From NCBI GenBank assembly GCA_016197285.1, contig JACPWD010000048.1, positions 53,025-117,024 of the forward strand: 64,000 bases of DNA, read 5' to 3'. Below are positions 35,675 to 44,188 of the stretch, in pieces. The number at the start of each line of letters is the position of its first letter. Position 1 is the first letter of the stretch. Source of the DNA: Deltaproteobacteria bacterium. GTDB taxonomy: Bacteria; Desulfobacterota; Binatia; Bin18. The notes beneath the pieces are model-generated. The model was given only the letters and a program-made list of their open reading frames with translations, was not told where the DNA came from and made no database searches. Made by a program: the position numbers and the translations under genes.

Positions 35675-36259
35675 ATGCGAAGAGACAGCAGGAACAACAC
35701 GAGTCATTCCGGGCGAGCGGTGCGAGACCCGGAATCCAGGAGCAAAAGACTGGATTCCCGCCTGCGCGGGAATGACGGTCAGGGGTGGACCGCTACAGAC
35801 GAAGTACGAGCCTTTGGCGAACAAGGCTTCACATTGCTGGAAGTGATGGTCGCCTTGTCTATTTTGGCGATGGGCATCGTGACCGTGCTGCAACTCTTCT
35901 CCGGCAGTTTGCAGCTTGGCGTCAAAGCCTCTCGACACACGCAGGCTGCCATCTACGCCCAAAACGTGATGGATCGTATCTTCGCGCAAACGCGGCTGGA
36001 AAACGGGGAGGACGGTGGCGAATTCCCGGGCGGGTATTCCTGGCGCTCCCGCGTCGAGGAACTGCGCCCCGACGAGGACCAATCCTCGCTGAAACCCAAT
36101 CGCCCTAATCCGATGGATCTGTTTCACCTCAAAGAGATTGAAGTCCAGATTCGCTGGGAGGAAAATGGCGGATCGAAAGTCTTTGCCCTCAAATCTCTTC
36201 GTACACAAATCGAGCAATCCGATAATGCCCTCCCCCCCCCGTCAGACCAACCCAACTGA
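35675..36259 (+). CDS. gspI: type II secretion minor pseudopilin GspI-like (start uncertain)
   Basis: Prepilin motif EQGFTLLEVMVALSILAMGIVTV. The only in-frame starts are the ATG at 35675 and a GTG near 35720. Both place a REP element inside the leader peptide. Confidence 0.65.
   Translation: MRRDSRNNTSHSGRAVRDPESRSKRLDSRLRGNDGQGWTATDEVRAFGEQGFTLLEVMVALSILAMGIVTVLQLFSGSLQLGVKASRHTQAAIYAQNVMDRIFAQTRLENGEDGGEFPGGYSWRSRVEELRPDEDQSSLKPNRPNPMDLFHLKEIEVQIRWEENGGSKVFALKSLRTQIEQSDNALPPPSDQPN
35703..35776. repeat. REP/MITE-like pair (GTCATTCCGGGCGAGC.. + GGATTCCCGCCTGCGCGGGAATGAC)
   Basis: It is palindromic. The second unit is the widespread type whose reverse strand reads VIPAQAGIQ. Confidence 0.75.
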
Positions 36260-37007
36260 TGCCTCCGGCTTCACTCTGCTGGAACTCATCATCAGTTTGA
36301 CGATCGTGGGGCTCGTAGCGGTCCTGATTTATGCCACGCTCAATATTGGCGCGGGCGCGGCAGACCGTGGCGAAGTGCGCACTCGCGAGAATCAACGGGC
36401 ACGCGCCGCGCTTTCGCTCATCGGGCGTCATCTCAAATCCGCCTATCCCTTGACCTTGCAGGGCGAGCAGGGATCGTTTGTCTACTTTTTTGGCGAACCG
36501 AACGCGCTGAGTTTCATTTCCAGTGCCGGGAGACCGGAGGCTGGCGGTCTCGAGAAGGTGACGTATTTTCTCCGCGAACAGAACGGGCGGCGGAGTTTGT
36601 GGGTGCGTACCTCCTCGCCCACATTACCGACAGATTTGCTCAACAGCCGCGAGGGCAGCCTCCGCCAAGAGACCGAAGTGTTACCGGAGGTCGATGACCT
36701 GGCGTGGGAATTTCTCGGGCGCTCACAAAATGAAATGGATATGCGCGGACGACCGCGTGAAGAATGGACCAACTATTGGGACGGCACGCAAGAAAAATCC
36801 TTGCCGGTGGCAGTGCGCTTCTCGTGGCGGGCGCGGCTTGGGGCGCTGCCCTACGAGTGGCGCATTGAGACGCCGCTCTACGTGCTGAACCCGCCGCCCG
36901 ATCTCCTGGGAACCATCCAAGGTGGAGATGCCGCAGCACGGCGTGATCGGCTCCGTCGTGGCGGGCTCGGAGAGCGCAAGCGCGAAGAAAAAGGACGAAA
37001 CCGATGA
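36225..37007 (+). CDS. gspJ: type II secretion minor pseudopilin GspJ-like
   Basis: Prepilin motif ASGFTLLELIISLTIVGLVAVLI. It overlaps the gspI-like stop and has a basic low-complexity C-terminus. Confidence 0.65.
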   Translation: MPSPPRQTNPTDASGFTLLELIISLTIVGLVAVLIYATLNIGAGAADRGEVRTRENQRARAALSLIGRHLKSAYPLTLQGEQGSFVYFFGEPNALSFISSAGRPEAGGLEKVTYFLREQNGRRSLWVRTSSPTLPTDLLNSREGSLRQETEVLPEVDDLAWEFLGRSQNEMDMRGRPREEWTNYWDGTQEKSLPVAVRFSWRARLGALPYEWRIETPLYVLNPPPDLLGTIQGGDAAARRDRLRRGGLGERKREEKGRNR

Positions 37008-38032
37008 AGCAAGAACGCGGCATCGTGCTGATCATGGTGATCTGGGCGCTAACCGTGCTTATGGTCTTGGCCTTGGAGCTGGCGCGGACCATGCGTATCG
37101 AAGGGCTCACTGCCCAGACCTACCACGAAGAAGTGGAAACGTACTATCTCGCGCTGGCGGGTTTGCATCGTGCCTTGTACGCCGTGGTCCGCGCGCAGCA
37201 ACAAGGGCGGTCGATGTTAGATCGACCCGGCGGCATCGGCGGTCTCCAACGCGGGTTAAGCTCGGACGATCAACGGAGTGTCGCGCAAGAAAAACAGGAT
37301 ATCTGGGTACGCGGCGATGGCCGCTGGCAAAGCGAAGAATTCGGAGCCGGCGGCTACTGGGTGCGCGTACTCGATGAGGGGGGCAAGATTAACCTCAACC
37401 GGGTGGATGAGATCGCTCTCCGCCAGGCATTCGTCAACCTGGGCTTCGAGGTCAAGCCGTCGGAAGAGCTGACCGACGCGATCCTCGACTGGCGCGATGC
37501 CGATAATTTGGTGCGCCTGCACGGTGCCGAAAGCGACGATTATCTTGCGCGCAATGTCCCTTACCCGGCGAAAGATGGACCGTTCGACACCTTGGACGAA
37601 CTGTTGCTCGTGCGCGGCGTCACCCCTGCCTTATTCTACGGAAGCGGCGGAGCAGGGTTGCGCGATCTTTTCACGGTGTATTCGGCGGGAGGGGGCAATA
37701 CTCCGAACCTGCTGACCGCTAGCCCCCTCGTCATCCGTGCCGTGCTGGGACTCGACGAAAGACTAGTGGAGGATCTCGTGCGGCAGCGTGCCGACGCCAG
37801 CGCCGCTGACATGGCCAATTTGTTCCCGAGCGGGTCCAACCGAGGAGGGGTAAATCTCACGATTCCCACTGTCGTCACCATCGACAGCGTCGGCTACCTC
37901 AACGGCAACGGTTTCACCCGCCGCCTTGCCGCCGTCGTGCAGCGCCAGGGTGGCGTGTATGGTTTCCGCTTTCTCCGTTGGCAAGACCGCTATGAAGGAG
38001 TCGGGGACGCCAAACTCACGACTGGAGGATAA
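37004..38032 (+). CDS. gspK: type II secretion minor pseudopilin GspK-like
   Basis: ATGA overlap with the previous gene. It has an N-terminal TM (GIVLIMVIWALTVLMVLAL), KINLNR, and helix-hairpin-helix-like segments typical of GspK. Confidence 0.7.
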   Translation: MKQERGIVLIMVIWALTVLMVLALELARTMRIEGLTAQTYHEEVETYYLALAGLHRALYAVVRAQQQGRSMLDRPGGIGGLQRGLSSDDQRSVAQEKQDIWVRGDGRWQSEEFGAGGYWVRVLDEGGKINLNRVDEIALRQAFVNLGFEVKPSEELTDAILDWRDADNLVRLHGAESDDYLARNVPYPAKDGPFDTLDELLLVRGVTPALFYGSGGAGLRDLFTVYSAGGGNTPNLLTASPLVIRAVLGLDERLVEDLVRQRADASAADMANLFPSGSNRGGVNLTIPTVVTIDSVGYLNGNGFTRRLAAVVQRQGGVYGFRFLRWQDRYEGVGDAKLTTGG

Positions 38033-38122
38033 TCTTTTTCTATAGACATTGGGGCACGTTGCCACGTGCCCCGACGAACTGGTATGGACAGTCAGACAAT
38101 TTCGAGAAGGAGGGCATGCGAG

Positions 38123-39331
38123 ATGATCGATGCACCGAACCAATGGCGACTAGAAACCCCAGGGCACAAAGGCTGGGAGCGAACCGCTCGGCCCACTGAC
38201 CCTAATAAGTATTTCATGGTCTCGTGTGATAGCCACACTAACGAACCTGCGGAATTGTGGCGCGAGCGTCTGGAGTCGAAGTATCGCGACCGCTTGCCGA
38301 AGATCGTCGTCGATGAAAACGGCGTGAAATGGCAGGTGTCGGAAGGATGGCAAAAATCGCGGCTGCATGACACCGTCTTCCACGGCGAAGACCTCGAACG
38401 GCAAAAATCTGGAGCCGACCCCGAGCAGCGTCTGCAAGACATGGCTCGTGACGGTGTCGATGCCGAGATCATCTTCCCCAACAAAGGGTTGCTCATGTGG
38501 GCGACGCCGGAGCCCGAGTTCGCCATGGCCCAGTGCCGCGTTTACAACGATTGGGCGTGGGAAACGTTCGGCAAATATAACGCTCGCATGTCACCGATGG
38601 CGGCGCTTGCCACTGGCGACCTCGAAGGCTCGATTGCCGAGATCCATCGTGTCGCGAAGATGGGCTATCGCGGCCTCACGCTGCCCTGCAAACCGATCTT
38701 TGGTGCCTACGATGCCAAACAGCCGAACTACAATCTGCCGATGTTCGATCCCCTGTGGGCGGCGATTGAGGAAACCGGACTGCCAATCACGTTCCATATT
38801 TCCACTGGGCGCGACCCGCGCGTCGCGCGCAAAGACGGCGGCGCGGTGATCAACTACGTGTCGCATTCCTTGGCGCCAACGGTCGAGCCGATTGCCAACA
38901 TGTGCGCGTCCGGCGTGCTGGAACGCTTCCCGCACCTAAAATTTGCTGCCATCGAGTGTGGCATTGGCTGGGTGGCATGGGCCATCGGTGCCATGGACGA
39001 AGCCTACAAGAAGCATCATATGTGGACGTGGCCGAAGCTGAAGAAGCTGCCGAGCGACTACTTCCGCGAGCATGGCTATGCCTCGTTCCAAGAAGATCAG
39101 GTGGGGATCGACCTCGCGATCAAGTACAACTTGGTCAACAACTGCCTGTGGGCGAACGACTACCCGCACCACGAAGGTTCATGGCCACATTCGGCTGAAG
39201 CCATCGAGCGGCAGATGGGCGCCCTCGATGGAAAGATTCGCGCCAAGATCCTGGGCTTGAACGCGGCGAAGCTGTTTAAGTTTGACGTGCCGCAGACGTA
39301 CGCCGAGCATTACGGGGAGACGTTGCACTAG
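38123..39331 (+). CDS. amidohydrolase-2 (ACMSD-like decarboxylase/hydrolase) family protein
   Basis: GGAGGG RBS. It has SCDSHTNEP (the metal-binding HxH-like start) and ANDYPHHEG near the C-terminus. Confidence 0.75.
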   Translation: MIDAPNQWRLETPGHKGWERTARPTDPNKYFMVSCDSHTNEPAELWRERLESKYRDRLPKIVVDENGVKWQVSEGWQKSRLHDTVFHGEDLERQKSGADPEQRLQDMARDGVDAEIIFPNKGLLMWATPEPEFAMAQCRVYNDWAWETFGKYNARMSPMAALATGDLEGSIAEIHRVAKMGYRGLTLPCKPIFGAYDAKQPNYNLPMFDPLWAAIEETGLPITFHISTGRDPRVARKDGGAVINYVSHSLAPTVEPIANMCASGVLERFPHLKFAAIECGIGWVAWAIGAMDEAYKKHHMWTWPKLKKLPSDYFREHGYASFQEDQVGIDLAIKYNLVNNCLWANDYPHHEGSWPHSAEAIERQMGALDGKIRAKILGLNAAKLFKFDVPQTYAEHYGETLH

Positions 39332-40835
39332 TTTTCGGCGAAGAAGACGGGGCGTTCATGTGAGCGCCCTGCGCTTTGGCGGGCAGGCTCTTTTTGGCGA
39401 CTCGTGCCCGCCCGTTCGCAACCTGTCCATTCCCTTTCCCTGCCTGCGCGCGGATCTCTCCCGAGATGTACAAATCCAATGTCCGGTGCAGGTGGCGGAT
39501 GCGGCTCTCTTGATAATTCGCGAGCGTAACCCCTGGTTTGCGTGCGGCGCGCAGTCCCTTCTGTACCAGCGGCATGTTGCTCATGTCCTGGTCGAATACC
39601 CCACCAAGCAGTCCCAGCTCTTTCGCATCCGCCCACTTCTCGTCTGGACCTAACAGATGCATAGGGGCTGGTTTGGGTCGCAGTTTATCTTGAGGAACCG
39701 GAGCCAAAAACATGACCTCCATCAAGGTTTGCTCCGGCTCGTTCTTGTAGGGGCGGAAGCGGTAAATGATGTTCGGGCCGTAGCCACCCCACGGGAAGAA
39801 ATTGGGGAAGACGTAGTACTGGATGGCGTCGAGCATCTCGCTATCAGTAGCGTGCGAGAAATCCGCCCCGTTGGTCATCTGACGCATGTGCGCGCGCATG
39901 ATATCGGCGGCAAACTCGCGGGCAGTGATGCCCTCGGGTAATTGCACGTCCATCCGACTGGCACCGACCTGCCCCTTCACCGCTTCCCAAATGGCTTGTT
40001 CGCTCACGCCCTCGCCGAGATGCGGGCTGGGCGAAGCCATGGCGGTAATCATGCGGTTGTAATGCGGCTTGGCCTTTTGCACGTCGTACTGGGTGTTGGT
40101 GTCCGCCGTTGAAGGCATGATCGCCGGATGCGTGGCCAGGACGTGCAACGATTCCATGAAGGCTTCGACGCCGACCTTCCAATTCATCGCCACGACTTTG
40201 GCCACGTGCGCGAGCTTGTAGCGGTGCTCGTAGTCCCACTGGGTAAAGTGCGACGGTAAATCAGCGAGATAGTCTTCTAGCGTAATGCAGGCGGGGTCGA
40301 GGTTCACGAACACGAACCCTCCCCAGGTGCCAACCTTGGCCTCCGGCAAGCTGAATTCTGCGTCTTTGATGTGGGGGAAGTCCCACCGGCAGGGCACGAA
40401 CTTCAGCGTGCCGTCGAGCCGCCAGGTAAACCCATGAAATGGGCATTGAAACTGAGCAACGTTACCGCCGCTCTCGCGGAGCATACGCCCACGATGCAAG
40501 CAGGCGTTATGATAGGCTTTGATTTCCTGTTCGCTGGTGCGGACGACGATCAACGAAGTATCGGCGATTTCATAGACGATATGGTCGCCGACCTGGGGAA
40601 TCTCCTCTTCGCGACAGGCCATCTGCCACACCTTGCTCCACATCCGCTCCACTTCGAGCCGATAAAACTCGCACGCATAATATCGCTCGGTAGCGATATC
40701 TTCCGAGCCGAGATTGTCGGCAGCGACTTCTCGCAGCGCAGGAGGAACGAGGGACCGCTCCAGGTTCAATAATTCTTGGACGGTCACGCCCGGAGAGCGT
40801 GCGGCCATCCCTGTCGAAATTTTGCTTTTTGCCAT
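39276..40835 (-). CDS. Rieske [2Fe-2S] aromatic-ring-hydroxylating oxygenase, alpha subunit
   Basis: Rieske motif CLHRG...CPFHGFTW. The ~60-aa basic low-complexity tail overlaps the convergent amidohydrolase by 56 nt. Confidence 0.8.
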   Translation of the reverse strand: MAKSKISTGMAARSPGVTVQELLNLERSLVPPALREVAADNLGSEDIATERYYACEFYRLEVERMWSKVWQMACREEEIPQVGDHIVYEIADTSLIVVRTSEQEIKAYHNACLHRGRMLRESGGNVAQFQCPFHGFTWRLDGTLKFVPCRWDFPHIKDAEFSLPEAKVGTWGGFVFVNLDPACITLEDYLADLPSHFTQWDYEHRYKLAHVAKVVAMNWKVGVEAFMESLHVLATHPAIMPSTADTNTQYDVQKAKPHYNRMITAMASPSPHLGEGVSEQAIWEAVKGQVGASRMDVQLPEGITAREFAADIMRAHMRQMTNGADFSHATDSEMLDAIQYYVFPNFFPWGGYGPNIIYRFRPYKNEPEQTLMEVMFLAPVPQDKLRPKPAPMHLLGPDEKWADAKELGLLGGVFDQDMSNMPLVQKGLRAARKPGVTLANYQESRIRHLHRTLDLYISGEIRAQAGKGNGQVANGRARVAKKSLPAKAQGAHMNAPSSSPKTSATSPRNARRTSAARQT

Positions 40836-40887
40836 CGTCGTTCCCCCTGCGAGTCGTCCAAAAAGCGACTCGCTCGCTTTTTAGGGA

Positions 40888-41037
40888 CTATCCGAATAAC
40901 GCTGGACACTATGTCATGTCGAGCCCTTCGACTACGCTCAGGATAAACTCCGCGAGACATCTTTCTTCAGCGGGTCAAGCAAGATTCTTCGCTACGTTCA
41001 GAATGACGGCAGCGGGCGACAGTGGTTATTCGGATAG
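40888..41037. mobile_element. 150-bp MITE-like element bounded by 13-bp terminal inverted repeats
   Basis: CTATCCGAATAAC (40888-40900) pairs with GTTATTCGGATAG (41025-41037). Between them are the REP units GTCATGTCGAGCCCTTCGACTACGCTCAGGATAAACTCC and GATTCTTCGCTACGTTCAGAATGAC. Confidence 0.6.
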
Positions 41038-41041
41038 GCAC

Positions 41042-41899
41042 TTACCGGGAAAGCACTTGTCGAGCCAGTTCCTCCAACTCGTTCAACGCACCAGCCTTGG
41101 TAATATCCTTCAGCCAAATAGTGGCGTGGTTGGCCCCGGCTTGCTCCAGCTCGTCGATCTGTGCGCGGTCACGAAATTGTCCCGGACCGCCAAAGGCAAA
41201 CACGGGGATCGCTTGCGGATCGCGTCCGACTGCCGTGGCGAGATCGTTCAGGGTCTCGCGCCCGCGACGGATCTGTTCGGCAGAGCCGATGGTCGGCACC
41301 CACCCATCGCCCCATTCGATGATGCGCTTGAAGACGTGCTTGGATGAACCGCCCAGCAGCACAGGCGGATGCGGTCGCTGCGCCGGCTTCGGAAAGGAAA
41401 TCACTGGAGGAAAGTTGTAGTATTTGCCGTGGTACTCTGATTCCTCGGTCGTCCACAGTTGCTTCATGGCCAGAATCGCCTCGCGGGTTTGCGTCCACCG
41501 ATGCACGAAGTCTCCGCCCATGATCTCGGATTCTTCTTTGAGCCAGCCGGCACCGATACCGAAGAGGAAGCGGCCACCGGAATATCGATCGAGGCTGGCG
41601 ATCTCTTTGGCTAACAAGAGTGGGTTGCGCTCCGGGACCAGGCAAATGCCGGTGCCGAGTTGGATGTTCGTGGTTACGGCAGAGGCACGCGCCAACGCCA
41701 CGAAAGGATCGGCAATCCGCTTCGCACCGTCGGGAATGCGCCCATCGCGCGAGCCGGGATAGCCGGTGCTGAACTGTGTGGGGATGATCGGATGCTCGGG
41801 CACCCAGAACGAGGCGAACCCCAACTCTTCCGCTCTTTTGGCGATGACCGCAGGATCGGTATCCGGGTCCGCAGTTAAAAGAAACACTCCGACTTTCAT
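41042..41899 (-). CDS. LLM-class (probably F420-dependent) oxidoreductase
   Basis: AAAGGAGGG RBS. It has MKVGVFLL...GFASFWVPEHPIIP and GIGAGWLKEE. Confidence 0.75.
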   Translation of the reverse strand: MKVGVFLLTADPDTDPAVIAKRAEELGFASFWVPEHPIIPTQFSTGYPGSRDGRIPDGAKRIADPFVALARASAVTTNIQLGTGICLVPERNPLLLAKEIASLDRYSGGRFLFGIGAGWLKEESEIMGGDFVHRWTQTREAILAMKQLWTTEESEYHGKYYNFPPVISFPKPAQRPHPPVLLGGSSKHVFKRIIEWGDGWVPTIGSAEQIRRGRETLNDLATAVGRDPQAIPVFAFGGPGQFRDRAQIDELEQAGANHATIWLKDITKAGALNELEELARQVLSR

Positions 41900-41971
41900 A
41901 ACACGCCCTCCTTTTGCAATGCCTTCTGCGATGATTGTAGGGGCGGGTTTCAAACCCGCCTTTACCCGCCG

Positions 41972-42733
41972 CTACTGCGCCGCCACGCCGCCATCGACCG
42001 GCATCGGCAGGCCGGTGACGAACGAGGCCGCTTCCGAACAGAGCCACACCACGGCTTCGCCGATTTCTTCCGGCTTGCCCATGCGTCCGACCGGCTCGGC
42101 TGCGGTCATGCGCTCGGCGCGCCCCGGGCGCAGACCGGTAATGCGATCGACCATCGGCGTCTTAATCACGCCCGGGCACACCGCATTCACGCGGATGCCT
42201 GACTTGGCGTATTCTAAGGCCGCCGTTTTGGTGAGACCGACAACACCATGCTTACTCGCCACGTAGGCCGGCATTTGCGGCACGCCCAGCAAGCCGGCAT
42301 CGGAGGCCGTGTTGACGATCGCACCACCACCTTGTTTCAGCATCTGTTGGATTTCGTATTTCATGCACAGCCACACGCCGGTGAGGTTGATCTGAATCAC
42401 CCGATCCCAATCGGCTTCTTTGTAATCTGCGGTTCTGCCGGTTGCGCCTTCGATACCGGCGTTGTTGTGGGCGCAGTCGAGACGGCCATAGGTCGAGACC
42501 GCTTTCTGCACCATCGCTTCCACATCCGCTGCTTTCGCCATGTCTGTTTTGACGAAGACCGCTTCACCACCGGCGGCTGCGATCATACGTACCGTCTCCT
42601 CGCCACCATCCACCAGCACGTCCGCTACCACTACCTTCGCGCCCTCGCGCGCAAAGATGAGCGCGGTCGCGCGACCGATACCCGAGCTACCACCCGTAAC
42701 TACCGCTACTTTGCCTTGCACCAGTCCTGCCAT
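41972..42733 (-). CDS. SDR family oxidoreductase
   Basis: It has TGGSSGIGRA (the TGxxxGIG motif), NNAG, and the YxxxK motif in YVASKHG. Confidence 0.9.
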   Translation of the reverse strand: MAGLVQGKVAVVTGGSSGIGRATALIFAREGAKVVVADVLVDGGEETVRMIAAAGGEAVFVKTDMAKAADVEAMVQKAVSTYGRLDCAHNNAGIEGATGRTADYKEADWDRVIQINLTGVWLCMKYEIQQMLKQGGGAIVNTASDAGLLGVPQMPAYVASKHGVVGLTKTAALEYAKSGIRVNAVCPGVIKTPMVDRITGLRPGRAERMTAAEPVGRMGKPEEIGEAVVWLCSEAASFVTGLPMPVDGGVAAQ

Positions 42734-43006
42734 GATTCACCCCTCCATGTTCTTTGGGAATTTTCACGCTAACGACGGCGGTCAGCTTAGTGACTCCAGA
42801 GCAGCTTTTCCAGGGGGCAGTTTGGAGAAGTCTTATTGTTGAAAAATCGGTAATGAAACTATAGAGTACCCAACCATAGGGATTTCCAGGACTATCGAGA
42901 GCACTTTGGCTTCGTTGGTGCAACAATGGCCGGTCCTGTTGCTTATCGGATCGCGGCAAGAGGGGACTATTGACCAAGAAGTGCGCCCCTCGTACATAGG
43001 CAGCCT

Positions 43007-44122
43007 ATGGCGCGTCAGGGTCCGATAGTTAAACAGTCGAAGCACACACTCCTCGTCGTCGACGATCAAGAAGAAACGCTGATCTCCAATCGCCTCTTAC
43101 TCGAACGTGAAGGGCATCGCGTCCTCACTGCTATGAGCGGCGAAGAGGCTCTTGCGCTGTTTCGCCCCGGAGAAGTGCACCTCATTATTGTCGATTACTT
43201 CATGCCGCGTATGAGCGGTGAAGAGGTCATCCTGGCGCTGCGCGAACGCGACGCCGATGTGCAGATCCTCCTCCAAACCGGCTATTCCGGAGAAAAACCG
43301 CCACGCGAAATGTTGCGCGGGCTCGCTATTCAAGGCTATCACGACAAGACCGACGGTCCCGAGCGGCTGCTGCTCTGGGTCGACGTGGCGCTCAAGGCGG
43401 CGGATCAAGTCGGACACATCCGTACTGCGGAACGGGAAATCGCCGACTCGCATACGCAATTGCAGCGACTCTCTGCCCGCCTCTTACGCCTACAAGAGGA
43501 AGAACGCGAGCATATCAGCCGTGAACTGCACGATCATCTCGGACAACTGCTCACCGCGATCGGGATGAATGCCGAGTGGACGCTGAACCATTGCTCCTCC
43601 GCGTCGTCCGCTGCGCGGGAACGCTTGCAAGAAGCGATACGCTTGGTGCGAGAGGCGACGCAAGCGACGCGGGAACTCTCCGCCACCCTGCGGCCGAGCG
43701 AGTTGCAGGGGCTCGGGTTAGAGGCGGCGATCCGCAAGTATACGCGGGAGTTCGCCCAGCGGAGCAACCTTGTCGTCGAGTTTTCCAGCAATCTGCGCGA
43801 ACACCCCCTCACGCCCGAGGTGGCCACCAACATTTACCGCGTCGTGCAAGAAGCGCTGACGAATGTCGCTCGCCACGCCGCCGCTACTCGTATCGGCGTC
43901 TCGTTGCATCGCTCGGCGCAGCAGCTCACGCTCCACGTCGAAGACAATGGGAAAGGGTTCGACGCGACGCGCGTCTCGGACCCTCACGCGGTTGGTCTTG
44001 TGGGCATGCACGAACGCGCCCGCTTGATCGGTGGCACCCTGACCCTGCGCTCGACCCCCGGCGCGGGCGTTTCCGTGGCTCTCACCGTCCCACTGATCGC
44101 GGAAGAGTCTTTGTTACAATGA
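43007..44122 (+). CDS. hybrid response-regulator receiver / HisKA_3 histidine kinase
   Basis: REC domain (LLVVDDQ...LIIVDYFMPRMSG), the H-box ISRELHDHLGQ, and the HATPase motifs VEDNGKGF...GMHERARLIGG. Confidence 0.8.
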   Translation: MARQGPIVKQSKHTLLVVDDQEETLISNRLLLEREGHRVLTAMSGEEALALFRPGEVHLIIVDYFMPRMSGEEVILALRERDADVQILLQTGYSGEKPPREMLRGLAIQGYHDKTDGPERLLLWVDVALKAADQVGHIRTAEREIADSHTQLQRLSARLLRLQEEEREHISRELHDHLGQLLTAIGMNAEWTLNHCSSASSAARERLQEAIRLVREATQATRELSATLRPSELQGLGLEAAIRKYTREFAQRSNLVVEFSSNLREHPLTPEVATNIYRVVQEALTNVARHAAATRIGVSLHRSAQQLTLHVEDNGKGFDATRVSDPHAVGLVGMHERARLIGGTLTLRSTPGAGVSVALTVPLIAEESLLQ

Positions 44123-44188
44123 CTATCAGAAAAATCCCGACAATCATTTCCGAATTTCCCCGACAGCTCGAAAGCCGCTCTCCAGGGT

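Noticed and set aside
42838-42872. TTGTTG-N18-TATAGA as a promoter for the hybrid kinase gene.
   Set aside because: The match to consensus is only moderate (4 of 6 in each box) and the spacer is 18 nt. It is plausible but too weak to list as a feature without TSS data.
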